Assembly (NCBI GenBank): GCA_965198225.1
Contig: CBDAOY010000006.1
Location: 384,001 to 448,000, forward strand
Length of the DNA stretch: 64,000 bases
DNA from: Terriglobia bacterium
GTDB lineage: Bacteria; Acidobacteriota; Terriglobia; 20CM-2-55-15
Direction: 5' to 3'
Position numbers and translations under genes: made by a program. Shown one piece after another: positions 11,846 to 22,587 of this stretch. The notes below the pieces were generated by a model. It made no database searches and was not told where the DNA came from. It was given only the letters and a program-made list of their open reading frames with translations. Each line of letters starts with the position of its first letter. Within the stretch, counting starts at the first letter, position 1.

Positions 11846-12112
11846 CTACAACGACTGCAAGTCTTTGCCGGGCTTGAAACGCACAGCCTTGCCTGGAGGA
11901 ATACTAACCTCGGAGCCTGTGCGGGGATTGCGCCCGATGCCGGTCTTCCGCGGTTTGACGGAGAAGACGCCAAAGCCACGAAGTTCAATCCGATCATCGC
12001 GTTTCAGGGCGTTCTTCATGGACGCAAAGATGGTGTCGACCGCCTGTTCGGCTTTGGTCTTACTGACACCCGTTCGGGCGACGATCTGATTGACAAGATC
12101 GACCTTAATCAC
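11846..12112 (-). CDS. HU/IHF-family DNA-binding protein
   Basis: RIELRGFGVF...GRNPRTG...FKPGK signature. Confidence 0.95.
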   Translation of the reverse strand: MIKVDLVNQIVARTGVSKTKAEQAVDTIFASMKNALKRDDRIELRGFGVFSVKPRKTGIGRNPRTGSEVSIPPGKAVRFKPGKDLQSL

Positions 12113-12183
12113 AGTTAACCTCCATTCACTTAGGCTATCTCTTTTGAATACATATTTTTACCATCGAAAAGGGGCGTTAGGCA

Positions 12184-12756
12184 ATGGCAATTAAACCCGA
12201 CTCGTGGATCCGCCAAAAAGCCGAGGAAGGAATGATCGAGCCTTTCAGCGCGGAGCAGATCGCGAAAGGTATGATTTCCTACGGGTTATCGTCGTACGGA
12301 TATGATCTGAGGCTGGCCGACGAGTTTAAAATATTCACTCCGCCGCCCGATGCCATCATCGATCCAAAGTCAATCCCACCAGAGTATTACCGCGACCATC
12401 GAGGTCCCCATTGCGAGATACCACCGAACGGCTACGTCCTCGGTCGGACCCTGGAGTACCTCCGAATCCCGCGCGACGTCCTGACCCTGTCGACGGGCAA
12501 GTCCACCTACGCCAGGGCCGGCGTCCTCATCAACGTCACGCCGTTCGAGCCGGAGTGGGAGGGATTCGTAACTGTCTCAATCGCAAACACAACGCCGGTT
12601 CCCGTTCGCATATACGCCAACGAGGGACTGTGCCAGGTGATCTTTTTCCAATCCGATGAGCCGTGCGAGGTCTCTTACAAGGACCGAAAAGGTAAGTATC
12701 AGGCACAGAAGAAGATTGAGTTTTCGAAAACGGAAGAGGAAGAAAGTAATCCGTAG
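12184..12756 (+). CDS. dcd: dCTP deaminase
   Basis: [40 protein letters not shown]. Confidence 0.95.
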   Translation: MAIKPDSWIRQKAEEGMIEPFSAEQIAKGMISYGLSSYGYDLRLADEFKIFTPPPDAIIDPKSIPPEYYRDHRGPHCEIPPNGYVLGRTLEYLRIPRDVLTLSTGKSTYARAGVLINVTPFEPEWEGFVTVSIANTTPVPVRIYANEGLCQVIFFQSDEPCEVSYKDRKGKYQAQKKIEFSKTEEEESNP

Positions 12757-12907
12757 GCCGTTGGAATCTCAGCGGCGGTCTTGGACCGCCGGTTTCCGGA
12801 GTATGACGAAGCAACCGCGCCCGAGTGACGAGTGACGATGAATGACAACTACGAGATTAGAATCAGCAATCAAGGCCAGGCGTCTTCAACGGCCTACGGG
12901 CAACGGG

Positions 12908-13480
12908 CTACGGCCTACTTCTCCCCTTTTCCCAACGCTTTATCGGGACCAGATCCAAACCCCAGAAGTCCAACGCCCGACCGACAGTGTGGTCCACTAT
13001 TTCGGAGATCGATTCCGGTCTGGTGTAGAAGGCCGGCAGCGGCGGCATGATGATGGCCCCCATCCGTGTCGCGTCGAGCATCAGGCGACAGTGGCCTTCG
13101 TTCAAGGGGGTTTCTCGAAACAGTAGCAAGAGTCGACGGCGTTCCTTCAGCGTCACATCCGCTGCACGCGTCAGGAGGTTGTCGTTGGAACAGTTTGCGA
13201 CCGATGACAGGGTCTTCACCGAGCACGGGGCGACGATCATCCCATCTGAGGAAAACGATCCGCTCGAGATCGATGAGGCCATGTCCCGAATACCGTGAAC
13301 CTGATCGGCAAGGGCCTCCACCGCTTTGATCGAAAAGTCGGTCTCCATCAAGATCGTGGCTCGACCCATCTCGGTTATCACAAGATGCGTCTCGATGTCG
13401 CTCCGCTCTGCGAAGAGTTCCAGGAGTCGGATGCCGTAAATGACGCCGGATGCGCCGGAGATGCCGATGATGATTCTCAT
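12908..13480 (-). CDS. ubiX: Flavin prenyltransferase UbiX
   Basis: GISGASG, ISSGSF, APCSVKTL, RAADVTLKERR, RETP, PAFY. Confidence 0.95.
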   Translation of the reverse strand: MRIIIGISGASGVIYGIRLLELFAERSDIETHLVITEMGRATILMETDFSIKAVEALADQVHGIRDMASSISSGSFSSDGMIVAPCSVKTLSSVANCSNDNLLTRAADVTLKERRRLLLLFRETPLNEGHCRLMLDATRMGAIIMPPLPAFYTRPESISEIVDHTVGRALDFWGLDLVPIKRWEKGRSRP

Positions 13481-13488
13481 GGTTCAGT

Positions 13489-13554
13489 GTAGGTGCGGTC
13501 TATGACCGCACATTCTTCGGACCGCAACGATGTGCGCTCATAGAGCGCACCTAC
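13489..13554. repeat. REPIN (inverted pair of GTAG REPs)
   Basis: GTAGGTGCGGTCTATGACCGCAC ... GTGCGCTCATAGAGCGCACCTAC. Confidence 0.9.
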
Positions 13555-13560
13555 AACTAC

Positions 13561-13893
13561 TCATAACTTGTCCGCACACTCCCCACACGGGCACAGCGCT
13601 CGCAGCCTGTCGAAACTGTAGATACCGGTCCGGTGTCCGTCGCTCCATTCAAACTGCAGGGCGTACTGCCCGACCAATTCGATCTGCCTGAACTCGAGTG
13701 AATCCGGGACGTGGATGGGCAGTATCAGTCGTTGTCCGGTGTCTTCGTCCTGACAGGTTGCGCACGGGCAGAGGCCACGAAGGACGGGTCCGACGTAATG
13801 GCTCTCATGACCGTCGGACCACTGGATCATCAACTCCTGCGGCGTCACCTTCTTGATCTTGACCGGATCGGTCGACCCTCCGGGGGCCGCCAT
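13561..13893 (-). CDS. DUF971 / GBBH-like N-terminal domain protein
   Basis: WSDGHES, LRGLCPCATC, VGQYAL, WSDGHRTGIYSF. Confidence 0.9.
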   Translation of the reverse strand: MAAPGGSTDPVKIKKVTPQELMIQWSDGHESHYVGPVLRGLCPCATCQDEDTGQRLILPIHVPDSLEFRQIELVGQYALQFEWSDGHRTGIYSFDRLRALCPCGECADKL

Positions 13894-14994
13894 CTATTCG
13901 ACCTCCAGGACCGGTGCGTTGTAGTTTCGGATGCTGATTTGCGCCGCCAGGCGTTCGGAGATCTCGCGAAGAACGATGCTGCTTGCCGCGTCCGGCTGAG
14001 CGGTGACGATCGGGGACCCCGCGTCACCGTGCGTTCGGATCGGCAGGTCGAGAGGCACCTCGCCGAGGAACGGTATGTCGAGTTGCTCGGCCGCACGGCG
14101 CGCTCCGCCTTCTCCAAAGATATAGTCCTTCGAATCACAGTGAGGGCAGATGTAGTACGACATGTTCTCGACGATCCCGAGAATTGGCACTTTGGTCTGC
14201 TCAAACATTCGGAGCGTCTTCATCGAGATCGTCAGCCCGACGTCCTGTGGTGTCGAGACAATCACGGCGCCAGTCAGCGGCACCGACTGGGCCAGGGTGA
14301 GGTGGACGTCGCCGGTTCCCGGCGGCATGTCGACGATCAGGTAGTCCAGTTCGCCCCAGTTCACATCGAACAGGCATTGCTGCAACGCCTTGTGCGCCAT
14401 CGGGCCGCGCCAGATCAGGGGTTGGTCGGGCGACTTGACCATAAGTCCCATCGACATGAACTTTAAGCCGGCCGACTCCTGCGGCGTTATCTTGTTGGCC
14501 ACGTTGGCCGGTGCTGCAGTGACTCCGAGCATGATCGGGATCGTCGGACCGTAGATGTCGCCGTCGAGAAGTCCCACTCGCGCGCCAACCTGGGCCAGGG
14601 AGGCTGCCAGATTGACGGCAATCGTCGACTTCCCGACCCCGCCTTTGCCGCTTCCCACCGCGACGATGTTACGGACGTTCGAGAGCGTTCCCTTCTCCAT
14701 ACGCGGCGCCTGCCGGACCTCGGCGGTCAAGTTGATGTTCACGCTGGTCACCCCGGGCAGGGACTCGACCAGCGAAGCCGCCTCGTCGCGCATCTGGTCC
14801 TTCACCGGGCAGGCCGGAGTGGTCAGGTTCAGGTCGAACGTGATGGCACCGTCTTCGGCCTTGAGGTTTCGGATGAACCCGAGCGAGACGATGTCTTTTC
14901 CGAGGTCGGGGTCGAGCACTTTGCGCAGCTCACTGAGCACCCGCTCCTCAACGGATGCCCCTGCCGAGCCGTTCTGGTTGTCCTGGCAGGCCAT
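13894..14994 (-). CDS. mrp: Mrp/NBP35 (ApbC) Fe-S carrier ATPase with N-terminal DUF59
   Basis: DPDLGKDIVSLG/TTPACP (DUF59), GKGGVGKST, DMPPGTGD, ENMSYYICPHC. Confidence 0.95.
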   Translation of the reverse strand: MACQDNQNGSAGASVEERVLSELRKVLDPDLGKDIVSLGFIRNLKAEDGAITFDLNLTTPACPVKDQMRDEAASLVESLPGVTSVNINLTAEVRQAPRMEKGTLSNVRNIVAVGSGKGGVGKSTIAVNLAASLAQVGARVGLLDGDIYGPTIPIMLGVTAAPANVANKITPQESAGLKFMSMGLMVKSPDQPLIWRGPMAHKALQQCLFDVNWGELDYLIVDMPPGTGDVHLTLAQSVPLTGAVIVSTPQDVGLTISMKTLRMFEQTKVPILGIVENMSYYICPHCDSKDYIFGEGGARRAAEQLDIPFLGEVPLDLPIRTHGDAGSPIVTAQPDAASSIVLREISERLAAQISIRNYNAPVLEVE

Positions 14995-15088
14995 GGTTCC
15001 TTCTCCTTATATGCTTCGCTTACGTCACCTCTCCAAACTCTCTATTGTACACGGGCGGGGCCTGGTGGCCCCTCAGTGACGATTGATT

Positions 15089-15154
15089 GTACGTGCGCTC
15101 ATAGAGCGCAGGTTTGTGCCGGCCGGAAGATGTGCGGTCGTAGACCGCACCTAC
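15089..15154. repeat. REPIN, degenerate
   Basis: Same REP family with a few substitutions. Confidence 0.8.
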
Positions 15155-15317
15155 ACCCACTTGTCACTTCTTCCAACCAAATAACTGCAGCAGATTCCAG
15201 CATAGCGGTTTATTATCGTTGGTTCGGATCATACCGACGGGCGGCGCAGACTTGCGCCGCTTCTCCTCTATTCCGTCTCGACCCGACCACTCAATTCATA
15301 AAGGAACGAACAGACTT

Positions 15318-16394
15318 ATGAAGACTTATAAGATCGGCGCCCTTCCCGGCGACGGTATCGGTCCCGAAGTCGCCGGCGAAGGACTCAAGGTGCTCCGAGT
15401 TGTTTCCGAGATCGACGGCTTCAGCTACGAGACCGTCGACTATCCCTACAGTGGGGAACATTATTTAAAGACGAAAGAACTGGTCCCCGACAGCGTGATC
15501 GACGAGTGGAAGGAACTCGACGCGGTGTTCCTTGGCGCGATCGGTCACCCCGATGTCGAAACCGGGCTCGTGGAACGGTCCGTGATCCTCGGACTGCGCT
15601 TCGGCCTGGACCTCTACGTCAACCTGCGACCGATCAAGCTCTACGCCGAGCACCTCTGCCCGCTCAAAGACAAGAAGCCCGAGGACGTCGATCTCATCGT
15701 CGTTCGCGAAAACACCGAGGGCCTGTACTCCCAGGTCGGCGGCATCGTCAAGAAGGGCATGCCCGATGAAGTTGCGACCGTGGTCGGCGTCTACACCGGT
15801 AGCGGTGTCGGGCGGGCCATCCGCTACGCGTTCGACCTCGCCGAAGGTCGGAAGAAAGCCCGGGGCCACGGAAAGCTGACCCTCGTCGACAAGGCGAACG
15901 CCATCCGGTCGCACGATCTCTGGACCCGCCGTTTCGCCGAAATCGGGAAGGAACATCCGGGCATCGAGATGGACCACGCCTACGTCGACGCCTGCTGCAT
16001 GTGGCTGGTGAAGAACCCGGAATGGTTCGACGTGATCGTTACGACCAACCTTTTTGGCGACATCATCACCGATCTTGGAGCGATGATCCAGGGTGGCATG
16101 GGCATCGCGGCATCCGGAAACATCCATCCCGGCAAGCACGGCATGTTCGAACCGATCCACGGTTCGGCGCCGAAGTACGCGGGCAAGAACGTCGCGAACC
16201 CGCTCGGCGCTATAGCGGCGGTCAGCATGATGCTGGACTTCCTTGGTGAGAAGAAGGCGGCCGACCGCGTGGAGAACGCGATCGCGAAGTTGTTGTCTTC
16301 GAAGAGAATCCCTTCGCTCGACGCCCGGAGCGGGCTGAGCACGACCGAGATCGGCGACATGGTCGTTGACACCGTGCGACAATCTATCGAGTAG
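15318..16394 (+). CDS. leuB: 3-isopropylmalate dehydrogenase (isocitrate/isopropylmalate dehydrogenase family)
   Basis: LPGDGIGPEV, VRENTEGLY, DKAN, NLFGDIITD, FEPIHGSAP; ATG 15318 after AAGGA. Tartrate-dehydrogenase-type specificity is not excluded. Confidence 0.82.
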   Translation: MKTYKIGALPGDGIGPEVAGEGLKVLRVVSEIDGFSYETVDYPYSGEHYLKTKELVPDSVIDEWKELDAVFLGAIGHPDVETGLVERSVILGLRFGLDLYVNLRPIKLYAEHLCPLKDKKPEDVDLIVVRENTEGLYSQVGGIVKKGMPDEVATVVGVYTGSGVGRAIRYAFDLAEGRKKARGHGKLTLVDKANAIRSHDLWTRRFAEIGKEHPGIEMDHAYVDACCMWLVKNPEWFDVIVTTNLFGDIITDLGAMIQGGMGIAASGNIHPGKHGMFEPIHGSAPKYAGKNVANPLGAIAAVSMMLDFLGEKKAADRVENAIAKLLSSKRIPSLDARSGLSTTEIGDMVVDTVRQSIE

Positions 16395-16397
16395 GAA

Positions 16398-16484
16398 CTC
16401 CTCTCCCTTATGGGCAGGGGTGGATGCGCCAAGGGCGCAGAAGGGTGGTTCTTTGCGCCACCCCTTCTCATCTGAGGAGAGGAG
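16398..16484. repeat. Long imperfect intergenic palindrome
   Basis: CTCCTCTCC...GGGGTGG...CCACCCC...GGAGAGGAG nested arms immediately after leuB. Confidence 0.55.
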
Positions 16485-16535
16485 TGAAAGGTTTGAAAGC
16501 AGGGATTTAGAGCACGAGAGGACGCGTGCGTTTCG

Positions 16536-18831
16536 ATGTCACCCAGTTCTGAAAACGAAAAACCCGCGGCTGACCCGAGTCCGGACGTCGAACTCCTCAA
16601 GACGCTCGCCTCGGTCTCCCCTGTCGGCATCCTCCGTGCCGATCCTCGCCGCTACTGTACCTACATCAACCAGAAGTGGACCGAGATCTCCGGCCACACG
16701 CTCGAGCAGGCTCGAGGTCTCGGCTGGCTCCGGGCTTTCCACCCGGAGGACCGTCGTCGGGTCTTTGCCGAATGGGAAGAGGCCGACCGGGGGCGCCGGC
16801 CCTACCGTTCCGAGTTCCGGTTCCGGAGACCCGACGGTGTGACGACCTGGCTCTACGGACAGGCGGTCGCTGAGCGTTCCCTCGATGGCCGGATTACCGG
16901 CTACATCGGGACGGTTACCGATATCACCGAGCACAAGGAAGCTGAAGAGGCGCTCCGGCGGGCACACGAGAGGGCGCGGGCGAGCGAGGAACGTTTCCGC
17001 GACCTCGTCGAATCGGCGCCCGACGGCGTGGTGGTGTTTGACGTCGACGGGCGGATAACCCTGGTGAATGCTCGGGCCGTCGAGATGTTCGGGTATGAAC
17101 GCGATGAGTTCCTGAAGCTCCCGGTCGATGAGCTTGTCAGGGGGAGCACGAAACTTGGTCCTGGCCGGGGAAAGGAACGTGACCAACAACCGGTCCGCGG
17201 AAGACTGGAAATGTCGGCGAAGCGACGGGACGGGACGCTCTTCCCGGCAGAGATACACCTGAACCCGATCGAGGGCAGTCCCGAACACGGCACCATCGCA
17301 CTGGTTCGGGACCTGACCGAGCGCCTCCGGCAAATGGAGGCGCAGTTGAAACTCGCGGCTCTTATCGACGCGTCCGAAGACGCCATCATCGACTCGACGC
17401 TGGACGGAACCATCACGGGCTGGAGCAAGGGTGCTGAGAGAACCTTCGGATACACGGCTACAGAAATCATCGGACAACCCGCTTCGGTCCTGATTCCCGA
17501 TTCCTTCCCCTCCGAAGAACGCGACCTCATAAACAGGAGGATTCTGAAAGGGGAGAGGGTGGTCGTCCCCGAGACAATCCGCCTGGGCAAGGGTGGAAAG
17601 AGCATCGACGTGTCGCTGGCGTTCTCGCCCGTACAGGATCGGCACGGCGGGATCGTCGGCATCGCGGTTATCTGCCGCGATATAACGGAACAGAAGCTCA
17701 TGGAGCGGCAGTTTCACGAAGCCCAGAAGATGGATGCGATCGGGAGGCTCGCCGGTGGCGTTGCCCACGACTTCAACAACCTGCTGACGGTTATCACCGG
17801 GTACAGCAGCCTGCTCGGTGAAGAAATGTCGGCCAATCATCCGGCCCGAGTGCGGATCCAGGCGATCCGAAAGGCATCAGAACAGGCAACCGATCTCACA
17901 CGCCGCTTACTCGCTTTCGGTCACAGACAGGATGCCGAGCCCAGGGTACTGAACCTGGACACAACTGTTCGGGACATGGATCGGATGCTGCGCAGCGTGT
18001 TGGGTGAAAGCGTCGTGTTCGAAACCGAACTCGACGGCCGACTCGGCAACATCGCGATCGACCCCACACTCCTCGAGCAGGTGATCATCAACCTGGCCAC
18101 GAACGCTCGGGACGCAATGCCGGCTGGAGGAAGGCTGATCATACAGACATCGGAAGCCACCTTCGAAGAGCCTCGCGCGGACTCGCACAACTCGATCCAA
18201 CCCGGTCGCTACGCGCTGCTGGCCGCGACAGACACGGGTTTCGGCATGAACGAGGAAACGCTGGCTCATGTCTTCGAGCCGTTCTTCACAACCAAGGAGC
18301 CCGGGAAAGGCACGGGACTTGGCATGGCGACAACTTACGGCACGGTTCGCCAGTGCGGCGGTGCGGTCGGCGTTTCGAGCAAACCGGGCGAAGGGACGAC
18401 CTTCCGCGTGTATTTTCCCGTCGTCGATGAGCCCCTTTCCCCGGCTGAAATGACAGAGATGATCAGGAACGTCCCGGCCGCCGACGCCCGCGTGCTTCTG
18501 GTGGAAGACAACGAACCGCTTCGAAGGCTCGCGGCCGAAATCCTTCGGGGGAAAGGTTACGGGGTGATCGAGGCGCACGGGCCAGTGGACGCGCTCGGTC
18601 GTCTGTCCGGTTCGAGCCCGGATCTCATACTGACCGATGTTGTGATGCCGGAAATGAGCGGCGCAGAGATGATCGACCGCATGGAAACGATGGGGTTGGA
18701 CGGGGTTCGGGTGCTTTACATGTCCGGATACACGAGCGATGCGCTGGACGGTCGGGGTGATACTACGTAAGCCGTTCACGCCCACGCAGTTGCTGCGGAA
18801 GGTGGCCGAAGTCTTGAAGAGGGATGCGTAG
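16536..18831 (+). CDS. Three-PAS hybrid sensor histidine kinase/response regulator (CckA-like), frameshifted near the 3' end
   Basis: PAS domains, [28 protein letters not shown] with LTDVVMP. The ORF stops at 18770 but the REC tail [19 protein letters not shown] continues in another frame to TAG 18831. Confidence 0.9.
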
Positions 18832-19011
18832 GAACGGCCATCGAATCCCACGCGGACACAAAAAGGCAAGAAGAGGAACGGCGTGTCGTCCGAGGATCCC
18901 CTGGGATTTGGTTCCCGATCTACACCCATTTATATACCTCGACGTATGTTAATCAGAGAATCCGGGCGCGAGACAGTCGTTGGCGACGTCGTGTACAACC
19001 CCCATTTTAAC

Positions 19012-19041
19012 TTGACACCATCAATATACGATTAGTACCTT
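19012..19041 (+). promoter_or_regulatory. Putative sigma70 promoter for receptor gene 1
   Basis: TTGACA-N18-TACCTT in an AT-rich stretch ~290 bp upstream of the ATG. Confidence 0.4.
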
Positions 19042-19326
19042 ACCGTACAGGGATTAGTGTCACACGCTCAAGGGTTTATGGACAAAAAGAGGGGACGCTT
19101 CAGTTGACCGCCAGGTAAGGCGATACCGTTCCTTCGTCGCTCGTTCTGAATTCCCTGTCCCTAGACCCGTCGAAACCCCGGCCGCCCGGCCGGGACTGCG
19201 GGCCGGGAGGTAGTGTGACCAGGAGGAGGAAATCGGTCCAACCGGTTTTCATTCTTGAGCCAGTAACTGAGTAAGTAACTGTAGGGTCCGCCAGTCGAGA
19301 CCGGCGTACTCTATGGGGGGTAACCA

Positions 19327-22300
19327 ATGGTTTATCGTTCCTTTCTTTCGGTAGCCGTCGTTCTGCTGCTCGCAGTAAGCGCTGCAGGCCAGTCGACTAC
19401 CGGTACGATTACGGGAACCGTGACTGATGTCACCGGTGCGGTACTGCCGGGCGTCGAGGTCACGGTAACCAACGTCGGCACGAACCTGACTCGCAGCATG
19501 ATTACGAACGAGTCGGGGCTCTACACAGCGCCGCAGCTTCCGCTCGGAAACTATCGCGTGGAAGCACTGCTTCCCGGCTTCCAAACGGCGGTCCGAAGCG
19601 GCATTACGCTGAACGTCGACCAGCGTGCCCGGATTGACCTTGTCCTGGAGGTCGGTCAGGTGACCGAGGTCGTCGAGGTAACCGCCGAGGCGCCCTTGAT
19701 CCAGACTGAAGACTCTTCCATCGGCACGGTCATCGACCAGCAGAAGGTCACGGAGCTTCCCCTGAACGGGCGGAACTTCGAGAGCCTCGTGCTGCTGGTT
19801 CCCGAGGCCGTGACCGCGCAGCAGGGCTCGCATCTTGGCGCCCGCGGCGGCGTCGTCATCGCCGGCATGGACGAGCACTACCAGAGCTTCTACATCGACG
19901 GTGTCGACAACGTCGACACGATCATCCGGAACTTCGCATACCGCCCGTCGATCGACGCGATCGAAGAGTTCAAGGTCCAGTCGACCGGTTACGCGGCGGA
20001 GTTCGGCCGCAATGCCGGCGCGGTGATCAACGTGACGACGCGCTCCGGAACCAACGAGTTCCATGGAGCCATCTTCGATTACCACCGCAACAAGGCCCTG
20101 AACACGTCGACCAAGTTCGCCAAAGATGAGGGGCTCAAGAAGGAAGGGTTCCTGCGGAACCAGTTCGGCGCGACGCTGGGCGGTCCGATCGTTCGCGACC
20201 GGACGTTCTTCTTCTTCGCCTATGAAGGGCAGCGGCAGAGATCGGAGGTCGTCAGACGCGGCAACGTTCCGACCACGAAGATGCGAGCCGGTGATCTGTC
20301 CGAGCTCACCAGCAATTTGATCGATCCGGTAACGGGACAGCCGTTCCCGAACGCCACGATCCCGGCGAATCGGATCAACCCTCTATCGAAAGAAGCGCTC
20401 GGCTTCTGGGACGCACCAAACTCCAGCGGGACATCGCGGAACCTGAGCGTGGCGGGTAGCGAGACCGCGGACTTCGACAACATCTCGATCAAGATCGATC
20501 ACGCGTTCACGGATGTTCACCGCGTGTCGGGTCGTTACAGCTATGCGAAGGAGTTCATCTTCAACCCGTTCGGGTTTCAGGGTAGGTCGGTCCTGCCGAC
20601 CTTCGGCCAGTTTAACCCGCGTTACCGGACGAGCTCCGGCATCAACATGACCAGCGTGTTCTCGCCGCGCGTCATCAACGAGGTTCGCGTGGGCTTCAAC
20701 CGGTTCGCGCAGCCTCTGGCTGACTTTTTCAGCTCGCTGGTGTCCCTGGTCGGCGAGGAGCGGACCCCGCTGCCGCCGCTGCAGGCGGCGATCACGCGGA
20801 ACCGCGACGCGTTCGATACGTTCAACTTGAGCGGAGTGGTTACCAACCTGGGTGTCGGCGGCGGCTTCTGGCGTCTGAACAACACCTGGAACATCATCGA
20901 CTCGCTGACCATCAACAGCGGCAACCATTCGTTCAAGTTGGGCGTGGACTACCGGAAGATGGATTTCCACAACATCACCGGAAGCCCGAACACCTACACG
21001 TTCAACGGTGATTTTACAGGGAACCCCTTCGGCGACTTCCTGCTCGGGTATCCGATCACCACGGCCACCCAGACCGGTATCCTGGAGGCGGGCATCCCGG
21101 CTCGGGAGTACGGACGCGAGCGGAAGCACGAGTTCGCTCTCTATGTCCAGGACGACTGGAAGGTGAATCCCGATCTGACGATCAACTGGGGATTGCGGTG
21201 GGAGTACTACAATCCTCTGACTGCTCTGAACGGGCTGTCGGGATGGCTTGCGGAAGACAACAAGATCCACGTCGTCTGCCGCGAAGCCTACGAGGCGGAG
21301 TGCGGCAAGGGGGCCGTCGACCCGAACTTCTTCGTCATCCAGGACGACGGCAACGGTATTCTGCCGCAAGGCTTGACCCGGCCCGACAAGAACAACTTCG
21401 CGCCGCGGCTCGGCCTGGCCTGGAGTCCGGGCGGGAGCAACACGGTGATCCGCGCCAGCTACGGCATCTTCTACGACTCGGACGACCGTCACAAGTCGTT
21501 CTGCTGCGTGAAGGGCGCGCCGTTCAACAAGTCGTTCAGCTTCCGGGCGACCAACTTCAACGATCTGGATCTGGCTATGGATCCGTTCCCGCAGAGCCTG
21601 GCGGGAAGCGGATCGTTGACGGGTGGCGCCTACGATCCCGACATGCGAGACACGTACGCCCAGAAGTGGAACCTGGGTGTCCAGCGCGAGCTGGCCGGGA
21701 GCCTGATGATGGACGTCAGCTACGTGGGCTCGGTGACTCAGAAGCAACGCCGGAGTCGCCGTGTCAACCAGCCGTTGACGCCGGGGCCGGGCGGCGTGTC
21801 CGGGCGCCGGACATTCCAACCGTTCGGGAGGCTGACGCTGACTGAAAACAGCGGCCACTCCAACTTCCACTCGCTGCAGGCGAAGATCGAGCAGCGGTTC
21901 TCCAGCGGCCTGACCTTCATCAACTCGTTCATGTGGGGCAAAGCGATGGACGACCGCTCAGTCGGGACCGCCGGAGCGGCTAGTGGTGCTCAGAACCACT
22001 ACAACTGGGATGCGGAGTATGGGCCCTCCAGCTTCGACGTCCGGTTGAAGTACAGCTTCAGCTACGTCTACGCGCTTCCCGAAGGCAGCAACGCCTTCAC
22101 CCGCGGCTGGCAGTTGAGCGGCATCCTCACGGCCCAGAGCGGCCGCCCGTTCACGCCGCGGCTGGGCTCCAACGTCGCCAACGTAGGCAACACGTCGTAT
22201 CCGAACCGGATCTGTGACGGTAAGCTCTCGAACCCGACGGAAGACCGCTGGTTCGATGCCAGCTGCTTCGTTGCCCCGGCCGCGTTCACGTACGGCAACT

Positions 22301-22539
22301 CCGGACGCGCTATTCTGGAGGGCGACGGGTTCTTCAACTGGGACATGTCGGTCATGAAGAATACATACGTGATGGATGAGCGGGTGAACGTTCAGTTCCG
22401 TGTCGAGGTCTTCAACCTCACCGATCACACGAACTACGGTTTCCCCGAGACTCGTGTCGACCGGTCCAGCGCAGGAACGATCGGAGCCTTGCTCGGCAAC
22501 CCGACGCAGGTGCAGTTAGGCTTGCGGATCGTTTACTGA
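19327..22539 (+). CDS. TonB-dependent receptor (carboxypeptidase-regulatory-like N domain, Oar-like barrel), paralog 1
   Basis: Signal peptide, GTITGTVTDVTGAVLPGVEV, LPLNGRNF, IEEFKVQ, TRSGTNEFHG, NNFAPRLG, C-terminal QLGLRIVY. Confidence 0.93.
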   Translation: MVYRSFLSVAVVLLLAVSAAGQSTTGTITGTVTDVTGAVLPGVEVTVTNVGTNLTRSMITNESGLYTAPQLPLGNYRVEALLPGFQTAVRSGITLNVDQRARIDLVLEVGQVTEVVEVTAEAPLIQTEDSSIGTVIDQQKVTELPLNGRNFESLVLLVPEAVTAQQGSHLGARGGVVIAGMDEHYQSFYIDGVDNVDTIIRNFAYRPSIDAIEEFKVQSTGYAAEFGRNAGAVINVTTRSGTNEFHGAIFDYHRNKALNTSTKFAKDEGLKKEGFLRNQFGATLGGPIVRDRTFFFFAYEGQRQRSEVVRRGNVPTTKMRAGDLSELTSNLIDPVTGQPFPNATIPANRINPLSKEALGFWDAPNSSGTSRNLSVAGSETADFDNISIKIDHAFTDVHRVSGRYSYAKEFIFNPFGFQGRSVLPTFGQFNPRYRTSSGINMTSVFSPRVINEVRVGFNRFAQPLADFFSSLVSLVGEERTPLPPLQAAITRNRDAFDTFNLSGVVTNLGVGGGFWRLNNTWNIIDSLTINSGNHSFKLGVDYRKMDFHNITGSPNTYTFNGDFTGNPFGDFLLGYPITTATQTGILEAGIPAREYGRERKHEFALYVQDDWKVNPDLTINWGLRWEYYNPLTALNGLSGWLAEDNKIHVVCREAYEAECGKGAVDPNFFVIQDDGNGILPQGLTRPDKNNFAPRLGLAWSPGGSNTVIRASYGIFYDSDDRHKSFCCVKGAPFNKSFSFRATNFNDLDLAMDPFPQSLAGSGSLTGGAYDPDMRDTYAQKWNLGVQRELAGSLMMDVSYVGSVTQKQRRSRRVNQPLTPGPGGVSGRRTFQPFGRLTLTENSGHSNFHSLQAKIEQRFSSGLTFINSFMWGKAMDDRSVGTAGAASGAQNHYNWDAEYGPSSFDVRLKYSFSYVYALPEGSNAFTRGWQLSGILTAQSGRPFTPRLGSNVANVGNTSYPNRICDGKLSNPTEDRWFDASCFVAPAAFTYGNSGRAILEGDGFFNWDMSVMKNTYVMDERVNVQFRVEVFNLTDHTNYGFPETRVDRSSAGTIGALLGNPTQVQLGLRIVY

Positions 22540-22554
22540 TCTCTTGATCATTCA

Positions 22555-22587
22555 GACCAGGGGGGCAGCTTGCCTCCCTGGTCTTTT
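22555..22587 (+). terminator. Rho-independent terminator
   Basis: AGACCAGGG...CCCTGGTCT followed by TTT, just after the stop codon. Confidence 0.75.
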
